From NCBI GenBank assembly GCA_013239625.1, contig MU054338.1:3371371-3435370 (forward strand): 64,000 nt of DNA, in the 5' to 3' direction. Each line of letters starts with the position of its first letter. Position 1 is the stretch's first letter. The DNA comes from Lama guanicoe. Lineage: Eukaryota. The position numbers were made by a program, and so were the translations under genes. Positions 49,880-62,420 of this stretch are shown piece by piece. The notes below the pieces were generated by a model. That model was not told the DNA's origin. It did no database searches and saw only the letters and a list, made by a program, of their open reading frames with translations.

Positions 49880-50360
49880 TAGATGAGTTTTTGTTAAGAG
49901 TTTTATAGCCTTAGCTCTTATGATTGTCTTTGCTCCATTCTGAGTTAATTTTCATATGTGGTGTGAGATGGGGGTTCGGCTTCATTCTTTCGCATGTAGC
50001 CATCCCGTTGTCCCAGCACCCTTTGTTGAAGAGTTGTTCTGCCTTCGTTGTATGACTGGTCTTGGCACCCGTGTCAAAAGCCATAGATGTGTGGGTGTAC
50101 TTCTGGATTCTCATTTCTGTTCCGTTGACCCATGCGTCTGTTCTTACGCTGTTAGCACGGTGTTTTGGTCACCGTAGCTTCGTAGTAAGGTTTGAAGTTG
50201 GGAAGTGTGAGTCTTCCAACTTCTTTGTTCATTTTCAAGATTGTTTCGACGACTCAGATTCCTCTGCAATTCCATAGGAATATGAGAATTAGCTTTGCCA
50301 TTTCTGAAAAAAAAAGGTACTTGGGATTTTGATAGAGAGTGCATTAAATCCAGAGTATTG
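49880..50360 (-). mobile_element. L1 ORF2 fragment
   Basis: Remnant FDTGAKT...LFNKGCWDNGMATCERMKPNPHLTPHMKINSEW. Confidence 0.85.
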
Positions 50361-53300
50361 TCATCTATATGAGTTTTTATATCTTTGCCACTTATGTATT
50401 TATCCCTAGCTAATATGTATTTGCTTTATGTGTCTTTAAAATGTTCTATAAAGCAGTTGCACTAACTTTTCTTCCTCACGTCTGCTTGTTTTGCTCAGTG
50501 CCTTTGAGGTCCATTTATATTTCGGTGCAGAGTTCCGGTGGCTTCGCGTTCACTGCTGGACACTACTTTGTTGTATGACCACACAGACTCCTCCTGCCGG
50601 TGTCTATTTAAGTTGGTTCCATTTTTTAATAAAATACTGTTTCTAGGCTTTAAATTTATTTTTTGGTCTATAATAGAAAGCTATTGTACATTTTTGTTTA
50701 AGCAAATAACCCCACTGTGGACACACCTGTACATGTCCCCTGGGGCACACCTGCCCACGACAGGTAAGGTGTGTAGGAGTGGAATTATTGAGTCAAAGTG
50801 TGTGTGTATCTTCACCTTCCTTCCTAGCTACAGCTGTCAGGTTGCTCTCCAAGGTAGCACCTCATTCTCACTTTGAGTAGATTTTCTAACAGGAAACCGT
50901 CTTTGCATTCCACAGCTCCTTCCCCACTGAGTCATAACGTCCTGTTCTTTTAAGGAGATGCTGGATTTGCATTCCTGATGTTCTCTTAGCCTTTTTGAAT
51001 CTAGGCACATAAGTGGGATGTGTTTGTTTTTTCCCCTTGGGTTATCTTTGTATAGTTTGAGTACGCCCTCTTTCTCCCCCTTGTAAGCTGACATAGTTTA
51101 TAAAGGATGCAAGTCATCTCTTTCTTGAAGGTCTAGCAGAACTCACCTGAAAAACCATCTGGGAAGCTGCCTTGTTTGGGGGAAGAGAACTTTGACCATC
51201 ATTTCAATGTTTTCAAAGATTATTCACTTTTTTAAACGCTTTGGTTGGTTTTGATATATTTTCTGGTTTTCCCCCCTATTTTTTATCATCTTAAACGTTT
51301 AGCAGTGAAAGTTGTAAATATGTAGTCTATGTTCATCCTTTAAAGTATCTCCTTTGTGAGTTATTCGCTCCTCTGTCGTCCCTAATGTTTATTTGTGCCT
51401 TCTGTCTTCTTGCCAGAGATTTGCATCTTTCATGGGTGTTTCCCAAGATCTAGCTGTAGTTTCCCAGTTCATTAAATTCTCAACGTCTTAATAATGTTTT
51501 CCCTTGACTTTCCTTGGGTTTATTTATTCCTTTTGTGGATGTTTGACTTGAAAGCTTAACTGCTTTATTTTCAGTCATTTTCCTTATAAATTCACTTAAT
51601 GCTACAGATTTCCCTGGGTACTGCTTTGGCTGCTTGTTTTATATATATGCTTTATATATATGCTTATGTTCAGTGATCTTACTCCCCCCATAAATGCACT
51701 CACCATTTTAAATTTACCCGAGTACATTTTTGGTTACATCCCAGAGGCTTTCATTTGCAGTGGTCTTATCATTCAGTTCTAAATATTTTGTAATTTACGT
51801 ATTCTTTCGCTCATTAACACTTCCACCGTGTGAATTTGAGGAGCTACGTGCCATCACTGATTTATCGTTTTTATTGCATTGTGGCTAGCGAGTGTGAATG
51901 CTAAGTTTTTCCTTATGGTCTAATTTATGGTTATTTTTGGCGACAGGCTCTAAGTGTTTGGACAGAATGTATGTTCTTTATGTGTTTGGTGCAAAGTTCT
52001 GCACAAGTACATTTGCTCAAGTCTGTTATTGCATTATTTATCTCAAGATCCTTATTATTTTGTCAGTTTAGTCGTTTCATTCCTGAGTTAGTTTCAGTCT
52101 CCAGCATCACTGTAGTTCTGTTTCTCCTCATGGATATTTTAGCTTTAAACAATTTAAAGTGATGTTGTTAGGGTCAGAGTGTGTCCTTAGGGGATCTGCA
52201 CTTTGCAGAGCACTAGAACGCCTTGGCCCCGACAGGCCCTTGGTGGTGGGAGGTGGGGCTCTGCCCTGGGGCTCTCCCATCTTGGGACTGATGCGGAGTG
52301 TGGGCAGGAGGAGCACACAGATGCCTTCAACTCCCTCACTGTCGCAGGAGCGGTAGGAACTGGGCAGATTTGGACCCACGTCCAGCTTCCAGTACTTACC
52401 ATCTGTGTGATCTTGGGTAAGAAACCTGACCTGTCTGAGCCTCAGTCTTCTCATCTTTCCATTGGTGCATCATCAGAAGGATTAAATGACATTGTGCAAG
52501 CCAAGCATACAGTAAGTGCTCGGGAAATGAGGATGGAGGTTATGAAATCCTGTGGCAGGACCAAGGCAACTGGAGATGCTGAAGTCTTGGTGCTCACGTC
52601 TATGGGGTGAGGCAATTCCTTAGGGACCCCTCTTCCAGGATGTCTTCAGATAGATCCCTATCTGCCACCACCTACCCACAACCATAGCCATGAGCATCGC
52701 AAGGGCTGAACCACAGAGCTGAGGGTCACACAACTGTTAACTTTCCCTGAAGATCCTCTGGTTTCCAGGAAGAACAGCAAGGTAGATCTTTTTCAGGCAC
52801 CTTAGCCTCAATGGGTTTCGGTGAACAGAGAAAGGAAGTAAGAGACGCCTTCTTAGAGGAGATTTTAGGACTGGGCTTTGAGGATTGAGTAGGAGTTCAG
52901 GGGGCAGAGTAGCCTGTTGATAGTCTTGGATAATTTAGGTAGGACTAGGGGTTAGAGTCTGATTTTTTGGTCCTTTCTCCCCCACAATCTGTGACTAGGA
53001 AGAGGATTGCCTCCCCCACTACTTCTTGAACTCAGAACTCAGGAGCTACTGAATGTAGTCCTTTCCGTGCCACTGCTTCCTGCTTCTCTTTTCTCTGCCT
53101 GCTCTTCCCACTGTCTCAGAGGGGAAGGGTGAGGGATTCCTCTTCCGTGACAGCTTGGCTACCCCCCGCCCCGCTACCCCTCCCTCTCTAGGCTCTTTCC
53201 TGCTTGTCTCCCCCAGGACTCACCTCACACTTTGAAAAAGAGCCTCCATCTGTAGTTAATGTGCCCCCCCCGCCCCTTTCCTGAATTTGGGTGCTCTCTC

Positions 53301-54769
53301 TCTTCTTGAATGTCCTTGCCTAAGATTTATCTACTCTGGTGTTTTCAAAGACAGTGTCTGATTTTGTTAATGCAAAAGAACCACCTCAAAAGTGTACAGT
53401 TAGAGTTAACCCCGCTTGCATCTTTTCCCGTATGGATTTAGTGTCTTCTAGCTATTTGAATTGAAAGCTTGGTCTTTTCCTCCTGGAGTCTCAGTCTCCA
53501 GCATCACTGTCGTTCTGTTTCTCCTCATGGTATTTTAGCTTTAAATATGTTAAAGTGATGATGTTAGGGTCAGAGTGTGTCTCTACATGATTTGCACTTT
53601 GCAGAGTATTTTAAAGTTGACTTATTTTCAGAATTGGTTTTCTCGCTGATGTGTTCAAGGCTATAAGTTTTCCTCTGGGCACCCCTTTGGCTGCATTCCA
53701 TAGGTTTCATAACATAATGTGCTGTTTGAATTGTCCAGTTTCAAAAACTGTAATTTCTGTGTTGATTCCTTCTTTAACTCATGCTTTATTTAGGAATGTG
53801 TTCAAAGATTTCTCATTGTAGGCCTTTTCAGGGGAGGCTATTACAGAACCTACTCCTGAGGCCAAGATCAGGTTATCTTATTTACCGTCTTGCTTCTTGT
53901 CATTTATTAAGCTCTCTACTGCTGGCTTTTATAAATGGTCCATATGTGTTTGAGAATTTTGGCACTGGGGGATATGCAGCTTGATACATCTATTTGACTA
54001 AGCTTATTAATGGTGGCAATCACTTTATTCACTTACTTACTGCCTGAAGGATCCTGTCATTTCTAAAAGGGTTGCGCCCACTCTTTCCCAGGCTGGACTC
54101 CTGCCCTGAGACCCTCTTCTCACCCCTGGAGCATCTCTGTGAGAACAGAGGGAATCTTTCATCCTGTCTCTGGGTCAGAGAGGGAAGGGACCTGGCAAGG
54201 GTGTAGACACAGAATGGCTCACCCTCCATCCCCCAGGGTCTGACTCTGGCTCAGAGTAGGGCCCACTCATTGGGTGGCCTAGAACATGGGGAGGAATAGT
54301 GCTCCCAACTCAAGGCTTCCCTCCATGGACTCCACTCCATCTCTGGCTGTTCTGGGGGCTGTGGATAAGCCTGGCTGGGATATGAATCTGAGCTCCACTG
54401 CAAACCATTATGTGACTTTGGGTTGGTGCCCACCCCTCTCTGAGCCTCAGTTTCCTCATCTATCTATTGGGTTGATTCCCATCTCACAGCGCTGGCCCGT
54501 GGTTGATGCTCATTGGTGATCATGATTATCACGGGAATAACTATTACCAATGAGGCAGCCCCTGCAGGGCCAGAGCTTGGGTTCTGGGTTCAAATCCCAC
54601 ATGACCCCTTAGATGCTGTGTGACTTTGCACAAGCAACACCACCTCTCTGGGCCCCACGCCTCATTAGACTGTTTACACAATGGAATGAGAATATATCAG
54701 CTCTCCAGGCCTCTGCCTGCCCCCTGGATGAGACAGGATAGACAGGGTCATGACAAAGACTCCACCACC

Positions 54770-55906
54770 GGCCGGGGTCAGACGACCTTCCTTTAATACA
54801 AAGTCGATATATCTACATACACAGAGGTGGGAAACCACCCAGCTGCTTCCGTTTGAATAAACAGTGTTGAAAGCAGCGGCAGATCTGCTCTTGTAACAAA
54901 GAGGAAAACTTGCTTGCTCAGGGATGAGGGTGGGGGATTTCATCTTTCTGTTTCTGCCCCCAAACTGCCCCGTAGTCCCAGGGGGGAAGGGTCCCTGATC
55001 CGGGGCAGCACACGGCCTCTCTCTCCCCGAAGAAGTGGGAGCCTCCCATTTTGTTCGGTCCTCCTCCTCGGGGTGGGAGACAGGGCGCTCAGGCTGGGGG
55101 GCGGGGGGTCACTGCCATCTCCTCTGGGGCAGTGCCCACCCCGGTGGGCTCGAACCCGACGCTGGTGGGCCCAAGTCCCCCCACTGCCCCACCCTCAGAA
55201 CGGTCCTTGATATGTCTGAGAATTGAATTTCAAAGCAAAAACAAACAAACAAAAGCATTAAAAAAAAAGAAGAAAGGAAACTAGGAGCAAAAGGTCCTAT
55301 TCTTGAGCGAGGCACACCTTCAGACGGTAGGAAAAAGAAAAAAAAAAGCAAGCCACGGGGCAGGCTGAGCCGCACGCGCCTGCAGACACAGCCGCCACAC
55401 GAACGTCTTCTACGGTGAAAAAATAGACTGCGGACAGAATAGGAATACGCCGTTTTTCTTTTTAAATTTGTTGACTGTCTTTTTTTTTTTCTCCTGTTTG
55501 TGTCTTCTTTTAAAAAAAATGAAAAAAAATACACTATTTAAAAAAAAGGAAATGTCACTGAATACAGTTACACTGAGTTCGAAAGAAAGCTGAATCGTGC
55601 CCGCGGCCCGGCGGCCCGGCGCGGGGAGGGCGAGGGCCCAGGCCGCGGCGCCCGCCCCCGCGGGGTCTGGGGAGAACCCCTGTTTGCTCACCGCCCCCCT
55701 CCCCCCACCCCGGAATCTCGGTTTTTTTGGAATCGGAAGGAAATGAGGAATGTGCCAAGTATCGAAGGCGGCGGCCGCTCCAGGGAGCCAGCTGGGGCCG
55801 CGTCGCCCCGGAGACCGAGCAGAAGCGCGGCGGCGGGGCCCAGGCCTCGGGGCGCCCCCGGCGCGGGAGGCACCGGCCGGCGGGGTCGGGCCGGGCCGAC
55901 CTGGCT
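54770..55906 (-). other. PTPRS: PTPRS 3'UTR (end approximate)
   Basis: Follows the stop codon; GC-rich proximal part, then U-rich tracts, then ATTAAA. Confidence 0.7.
54792..54797 (-). terminator. Probable PTPRS poly(A) signal ATTAAA
   Basis: Minus strand reads TGTGTATGTAGATATATCGACTTTGTATTAAAGG: several upstream TGTA motifs, and a G/T-rich downstream element (ggtggtggagtctttgtc). Confidence 0.7.
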
Positions 55907-55975
55907 CTAGGTTGCATAGTGGTCAAAGCTCCCGAGGTACTCCAGCGCCGCCTGGTAGCAGAACTGGTACTCGTC
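55907..55975 (-). CDS. PTPRS: PTPRS terminal coding exon
   Basis: [22 protein letters not shown] then TAG. LAR-family C-terminus; PTPRS by D1 residues and by KDM4B synteny. The 12 exons total 1751 nt (2 nt + 583 codons). Confidence 0.95.
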   Translation of the reverse strand, partial: DEYQFCYQAALEYLGSFDHYAT

Positions 55976-56525
55976 CTGGGGGGAGGGGGAGGCGGGGGCT
56001 CCGTCAGTGCCTCTCCGGCTCTGAAGCCCCCCAGGGCTCCCGGTCGCCCCGGGAGAGCCTCGCTCCTTGACCCTGCGCCTATGCTAGGCTCTCCACCTCC
56101 TCATCTCCCACAGGTCCTGCTCATCTTCTAGGACGTGGCCACTTGGCCGCCACCTGCCACATCCCCCTGGGGGCGACAAGGCTGCGACTGCAGCTGTGTC
56201 TCCCCAGAAGCGGGAGGGTTAGAGGATTTTGTTGAAATGCCCAATGTGAATATGCTGACGAAGTCCCTCCCCACTCTCGGCCTCCCTCAGGATCTGTGGC
56301 CTGTGTCGGGGTCCTGGCCGAGCTTGAACTTGCTGTGACTCAGCGGCCAGGACAGACCACCTCTGCCCACTCTGAGGGATGCTTCTCAGCTCTGCACTTC
56401 AGCTTACTCTTGTGTCTCAACCCCCTTCCGCCCACAGGGACCCAGAGCGTGGCAGATGCGAGCCCATCTCACAGAGGAGGAGACGGAGGCGTGAGGCTGG
56501 GCTCCACCTCCCGTCCCGCCCTCAC

Positions 56526-56661
56526 CTCCGTCTGCACCATGGCCGGCCTCTGGGTCCGCAGCATCTTCACGGTCTGGAATATGTCCACCACGCCTTCGTA
56601 CCGCATCCGCTCCAGCACGATGCTGAGCGTGATGAAGACGCCTGTCCTGCCCACGCCGGCA
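56526..56661 (-). CDS. PTPRS: PTPRS coding exon (D2 P-loop end)
   Basis: [46 protein letters not shown]; donor gtgagg. Confidence 0.96.
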
Positions 56662-56836
56662 CTGTCAGGGTGAGTGCGGCAGTTCAGGGCCGGGTTCTCA
56701 GGGGAACCCGACTTGACCACCCGATTCCTCAAGGATGAAGAGTCCAACCTGGACTGCCCTGAGGTTCGAGACTGTCCTTGTGAGGCCTCAGTTTCCCCAG
56801 CCGACCAATAGGCTGGGGCTTGGTGGAGAAGCTCAC

Positions 56837-56991
56837 CTGCAGTGGACAGAGATGGGGCCATCCTGGCCGAACTGTTCCTTGGTCTTGTGCACCTGGCCGA
56901 TGAAGTCGATGAAGCCCTCCCCCGACTTTGGCACGCCCTGTTCCGGCCAGTCCGTGAACTGGAACTGCCGGACGGTCCGGGACTGGCCATC
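56837..56991 (-). CDS. PTPRS: PTPRS coding exon (D2 WPE loop to Cys)
   Basis: [51 protein letters not shown]; donor gtgagc. Confidence 0.96.
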
Positions 56992-57109
56992 CTGGGACGG
57001 AGAGAGAGCCCGGTCTTGCTACAGAGGTCAGCGGCAGCCACAGTAGTTTCCCCGCCCCAGCCAAGCTCCAGGCCCTTCTCCATCCTTCCCCAGCCTCAGC
57101 CCCATTTTC

Positions 57110-58560
57110 CGCCATCCACCCTGATAGCCCATTGTCTGGCACCATCTTCCATTGGGATGTTCCAGTCTTTTCTTTCACCACCCAAGGATGCCAAGACCAT
57201 CCTCCTCACCATCCTCTAACTTCACTGAACAGTGACACCATTTCACATGGCCACTGTCCACACCCCCACCACCCATCTGTTCCCCTCTCCAGTCCCATCC
57301 ACCACGACTGAAGTAACATCCAACACCACTGTTGTCCACCATCTTCCATCCTCCACCACTGACTACTCACCATCTTTTATTGCCCACCCAATGACGCAGT
57401 CTTCCACCAGCCAACACTGGAATCTCATCAGCTTCTACCAACTGCTACCCAACATTGTTATCTCCTATCCTTTGCCATCCACTTCTGGTAACACACAATC
57501 TTTGACCATCCAATGATGCCACCTTCCACTGACTTCCTCCATCCCCACCACTCAACCATCCTTCTCTCCAACCTCGTCTTCTCACTACCCAGCAGTGCCA
57601 TCCAGCATCATCGCTCTCTGCCATCTTCCATTCATCATGACCCAATGGTATTATTTTCCACCATTCATCTCTAGTAATTCATCACCCTTCTCCATCTAAG
57701 GACCATCTTCTACTGACATTCTTCATCCTCCTTCATTCATCACTTACCACTTTCCAGTCACATTCTCTACATCAAAATGGTGACTTCCAGTGCTACACTC
57801 TTACCCTGATGGTCTCCATGTCCACCATCTAACACTTCCTTTCTCCAATCCCACCTTCCTCTATCTCGTACCATCAACAGCACTGTCTACTACCATGGAT
57901 CATTGACTAGTCATCACTCTTTACTACGTAAAGTCATTTCCCATTGATTTTCCCCACCTGCCACTGGCCAAACACCTGCTCTCTCTAATCGCATCTTCCT
58001 CCATCCATTGCTGATAACACATCACATTTTACCAACCCATAGTACCTTGTTCTACTGGTATCCTCCATCCTCTGTTATCCATGCACTCCCATATCCAATC
58101 CCACCTTCCTCCCATCCAACACCATCCTTGTTTAACAGCCTCCACCACCCAACACCATCTTCCCCTGATTCTCTAATCCCACATGCCACCAGTCCAATGG
58201 CACCATCCTGCACTATCCAAGCTGGATGACCAGCGATGCTTTACCACCCACGGGTGACATCCTGACTGTCATTCCCCATCACCTCACCCGCGAGTCCTCC
58301 AATCCTCTCCTCCATCGCTGACTCTGACCCCCCGTCACCCAGTGAGGCCACCTTTAGTCTTCGCCTGTTCCCATCCAGTACCTGCCCTCCTCCCATCAGC
58401 CAACACCACCGCCCCCGACTGAGCCTTCACCAGCCAATGCCGCCCACTCTTCACTCGCATCTTGCCCAACACAGCGGTGCCAATTCCTACTAGCCAATCT
58501 TCACCGTTCACCCCTCTCTTCCAATCTACAGCTCCAGTTTCCACCAGCTCTCCTCCACCA
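57110..58560. repeat. Low-complexity CCA/CCAT-rich, G-poor intronic tract
   Basis: About 1.45 kb dominated by ccat, cca and cac words with few G on the + strand. Confidence 0.75.
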
Positions 58561-58892
58561 GGCTTTCAGCCCTCTGGCTGTATCCCCCAAGGGTTGTCGC
58601 TTCCAGGGGAATGCCCACATTCATTCCCTTTTACGTGATCGCCTCGGGCCACGTTCCCTGGTGAGCGGTGTTACCGCACTCCAGCGGGGTTGCTGTGGGG
58701 TCGTGGACGTGGCCCTCGCTTCTGCCCACCTGATGCTGACTCGTGATTGGCCAGCTCACTCGTCTTCCCCCAAACCCTCATTCCTCCCCCTGGGTCTTTG
58801 CTTCCACCCTCAGTTGGCGAAGCCCTCTCCAGACCACTAGGGGGACGCTGAATAGCCTGTAGGGTCCAGCCTGGGTTTTGGTCCAAACTCAC

Positions 58893-59018
58893 CCGGGCGT
58901 CTGTGACCTTAAACTCGCGCAGGATGTACTGAGGCATATTGTATTCCGCCATCGGATCCACCACGAAGTACTGGTAGCGGGCGGAGCGCTCGGCTGGCCA
59001 GTACTGGTGACACTTCTC
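58893..59018 (-). CDS. PTPRS: PTPRS coding exon (D2)
   Basis: [42 protein letters not shown]; donor gtgagt. Confidence 0.96.
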
Positions 59019-59101
59019 CTGTCGCGGGGATGGCAGCTGTGGTCAGCCCCATCCCTGGCCGGGCCCCCGCCCCACCCCGCCCCCCGCAGCCCCCTGCTCA
59101 C

Positions 59102-59228
59102 CCGGCCCATCTCCCGCAGCTTGGTCAGCATCACCACGATGGTCGAGTTGTTCTCCCACAGCATGCGCCAGAAGTCCTCCGTGCTTTCGGCCAGCGGCCC
59201 CTGCGTGGCGATGTAGGCCTTCTGCTGC
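59102..59228 (-). CDS. PTPRS: PTPRS coding exon (D2)
   Basis: [43 protein letters not shown]; donor gtgagc. Confidence 0.96.
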
Positions 59229-59469
59229 CTGCAGGGCGGGGTGTGCGAGTCCAGGGTCACCCCCTCCCTGTCCTGTTCAGCTCTCTAAATGACCTCGTTT
59301 CGCACGTGGAGAAACCCTCAGCCTCAGGATACATTTCAACTCCTTGAAGGAGCTGCGGGTCCATCTGCTGACCTCTCCCGCCTTCCTCCTCCACCTCCCT
59401 CGAGAGTTATTAACTAATTGCCATAGTTCGCATGGGCGGTACCCTAGTCCTGGAACACCCTCCCTTGGC

Positions 59470-59684
59470 CAGGGTTTCTCCCCCTCAGCACCACGGACAT
59501 TCTGGGCTGGGGAATGCCGCGTGATGGGGCACCACTCCCTGCATGGTGCTGAGCAGCTCCCCTGGCCTCGACCCACTAGAGCCCAGGTCCTTCCCACCTC
59601 TCTCCCATTTGGACAATCAAAAATGTCCTTAGACTCTGCTAAACGTCCCCTGGGCGGCGGAGTTCCCCAGGCTGAGAACCTCTG
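59470..59684. mobile_element. MER20-like hAT DNA transposon
   Basis: About 215 bp with termini cagggtttctc...gagaacctctg; internal aaaaatgtccttagactctgctaaacgtcccctggg. Confidence 0.8.
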
Positions 59685-59885
59685 AGGGAGAAGAGCCGGT
59701 GGAGCCGTGCTGCGGACAGCAGCCATCGGTTAAACGCACGTCGGAGACTCCTTCCACCTCAGGGCGGCACGGGGCCGGCAGTGTCTGTCTAGCTCTCTCC
59801 CACGCAAGACTAGAGGCCCCCCGAGGGCAGGGCTGGGGCCTTCTGCGGCCCCAGCATGGCCCAGCAATGGCCGGGGGGAGGGTAC

Positions 59886-60064
59886 CTGTAACCGTCGATG
59901 AAGCTGGCGTTGATGTAGTCGGAGCCCTCCACGCCCCGGATGGGCTGCAGGCAGACCCGTGTGCTCTCGTAGGGCATGATGTTTACCAGGCGGTTCTTGA
60001 ACTTGTTACAAGGCAGGTTGGCACTGATGAAGCGGGACGTGTGGGCTTTGGAGTTGGCCAGCCG
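59886..60064 (-). CDS. PTPRS: PTPRS coding exon (D2 start)
   Basis: [59 protein letters not shown]; donor gtaccc. Confidence 0.96.
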
Positions 60065-60263
60065 CTGCAGGGTTGAGGGGGCAGGGGGCTGCCGTCAGGA
60101 CAGCCTCCAGCGGATGGGGGGTAGGCTGCTGTGTCCAGGGCTGGAGAGGGCTGTGCGAGTTCCTCCAGAGCACTAATGATGGGGTGGCGCGCAGGGGGAC
60201 GCCAGACCCCGTCCTCTGGTCCCCCGCCCCGCCCACAGCGGTCTCCCCCCACCGCTGTCCCAC

Positions 60264-60549
60264 CTTGAACTCAAGCTCCATGCCGGTGACATGCTCGCCG
60301 GGCTCCACCTGGGCCAGCTTCTGGATGTAGGCGTAGAGGCTGCGGGCAGGGACCTCCGTGTTGCCGCAGCCCACGGCCTCCAGCAGGGCCTCGTGGATGA
60401 AGCTGTACTGGTCCTCAGTCTGCACCATGTAGTTGCGCTGGGACCGCATGAGTGTCACGTGGCCGTACACGTCCACCGTCTTCTCGGGCTTGATGCGCTC
60501 CAGCATGGCGTCGATGACGATGAAGCAGCCTGTGCGGCCCACACCGGCG
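60264..60549 (-). CDS. PTPRS: PTPRS coding exon (D1 P-loop end, Q-loop, linker)
   Basis: [49 protein letters not shown]...GMELEFK; donor gtggga. Confidence 0.96.
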
Positions 60550-60641
60550 CTGCGGAGGCAGGCCCGGCCGTCAGGGGCCGCCCGGGCGGGAGAGGCGGGG
60601 TGCAGACGGGAGCCGCGAGCGGAGGACAGGGCCAGGTGTAC

Positions 60642-60796
60642 CTGCAGTGGACCACGATGGGGCCAGCGTCCGGCGGGTTGCAGGTCTTGACTCTCCGCAG
60701 GAAAGCCAGGAATGGCGTCGGGTACTCGGGCACCCCGTGGTCCGGCCACGCCGTGAACTGGAACTGGCGGACCTCACGTTTCTCGCTGGAGCCGTT
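60642..60796 (-). CDS. PTPRS: PTPRS coding exon (D1 WPD loop to catalytic Cys)
   Basis: [51 protein letters not shown]; donor gtacac. Phase 0 to 2. Confidence 0.96.
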
Positions 60797-60999
60797 CTGG
60801 GGACCACAGGGACACTGCCTGTCACCGCAGCCCACCGCCCACGTGCAGGGGCCCAAGTTCAAATCTCTAGACCAACACGGCCCTGGGTGCCTGACTTGGG
60901 TGTCTGGCTGCCCCTGGACAGGGGGGTGTCTCCTCCTGTGAGGCATCTCACACTCCGGGCAGCCAGCACTGCCCCCACTTTCTCCTGAACCCGTCACAC

Positions 61000-61780
61000 C
61001 CATCTCAGCTGACGGCAGCTATGTCCTTCCAGGCACTTGCCAGAATTTAGGAGTCACCTTGACTCCCCTCCCCCACCCTCCCACATCCAACACATCAACA
61101 GGGACCCTCAGCTCTGCCTTCAAAGTCTATCCGAAGCCCATTTCTCACTCACTCCTTCGATGGTGACCACGCGGGTCCAGCCCCATCATCACCCATCCAG
61201 ACGAGAGCAGCCACCTCCACCCTGGTCCCCAGGCGCCCTTCCTCCCCCAAAAGTCTATTCCCCTCACAGCACCCAGAGGGCACCAGTGAGCACCGGAGCC
61301 AGGCCCTGCCCCTCCTCTGCCCACAGTCCTCCCTGGGGTGAAAGCCCAAGTCTCCCCTGCAGCCCGCAAGGTCCTGCACCATCTGCCCCTGCCCCTCCCT
61401 GCCCTTACCTTCTACGCTCTCTCTCACTCAGCTCTAGCCACACAGGACTCCTCACTATTACGAAAACACCCCAGGTACAGTCCTGCCCCAGGGCCTTTGC
61501 ACAGGCTGTGCCCTCCGCCTGGAATGCTGCTCCCCCAGATCTCATAGCTCCCATCCTCACTAACTCCAGGTCCCCCACTACATACCCTACTCTTCTGTTT
61601 TACTTTTATGCATCAGGTTTCCTGTCGCTTCACGCGTGCGCTGACCGCGTCTTGTCTGTTACGAGGCTATAAGCCTCACAAGAGCGAGGCGTTTTATCTG
61701 CCTTGGTCCCTGCTGTGTCCTGGCGCCCATGTCAGGGTCTGACACACAGTGTGCGCTTAGTATGTGAATGAACTGAAAAC
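61000..61780. mobile_element. L2 fragment (opposite orientation) in a PTPRS intron
   Basis: cctgccccagggcctttgcacaggctgtgccctccgcctggaatgc and terminal gtgaatgaactgaa. Confidence 0.78.
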
Positions 61781-61879
61781 TCTTGCTCCCTCTTATCCAT
61801 CTGCTCCGTTTTCTGGCACCCGAGCCAGCTGTGTGCTTAATGTTGAGACAGGACCTGGCTGGCTGTCAGGAGAACATGG

Positions 61880-61984
61880 TGGTGCCAGGAGCACCTCCCC
61901 TCCCCATCATGACAATAAAAAGTATCCCCAGACATTACCAGACGTCCCCTGGATGGCAAATGCCCCAACTGAGAACCACCGCTG
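61880..61984. mobile_element. MER20-like partial copy (right half)
   Basis: gacaataaaaagtatccccagacattaccagacgtcccctgga...gagaaccacc. Confidence 0.7.
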
Positions 61985-62420
61985 GCACCGTGTTATGGAT
62001 AGCAGCCATCAGTTAAATACGTCTCAGAAGAGTCCCTCGGCCCCAGCCCCGACTGCCCACCGTCTTCCATCCAAGGCTGGAGGCCCCTTGAGGGCATGGC
62101 TGAGGTCACAAGCCTAGGCTGGGTGAGGCCAGAGGGCAAAGCCCTGGGGGGTGACTAGTGGCAAAGGGACAACAGATTCATTGCTAAATTGGACTCCGCT
62201 GGTTTGTCCTACCGCTGGTCTGGAGACAAGAGCTGCTCCATCCAAGTCTCACTGTCCCCTTCCATGACGCGGGCCACAGGACAATGTGGTCAGCCTGAGT
62301 CAACATGTTTGGTTTTTTCTAACCCAAGGGGAGCTCCCAGGGCAGAAGCTGGGGTCCTCGTCTTCCTCCTCCACCCCCATCACCCCTCCCGCAGCCCCCA
62401 GTCCGCACCTGGGGCCCTAC

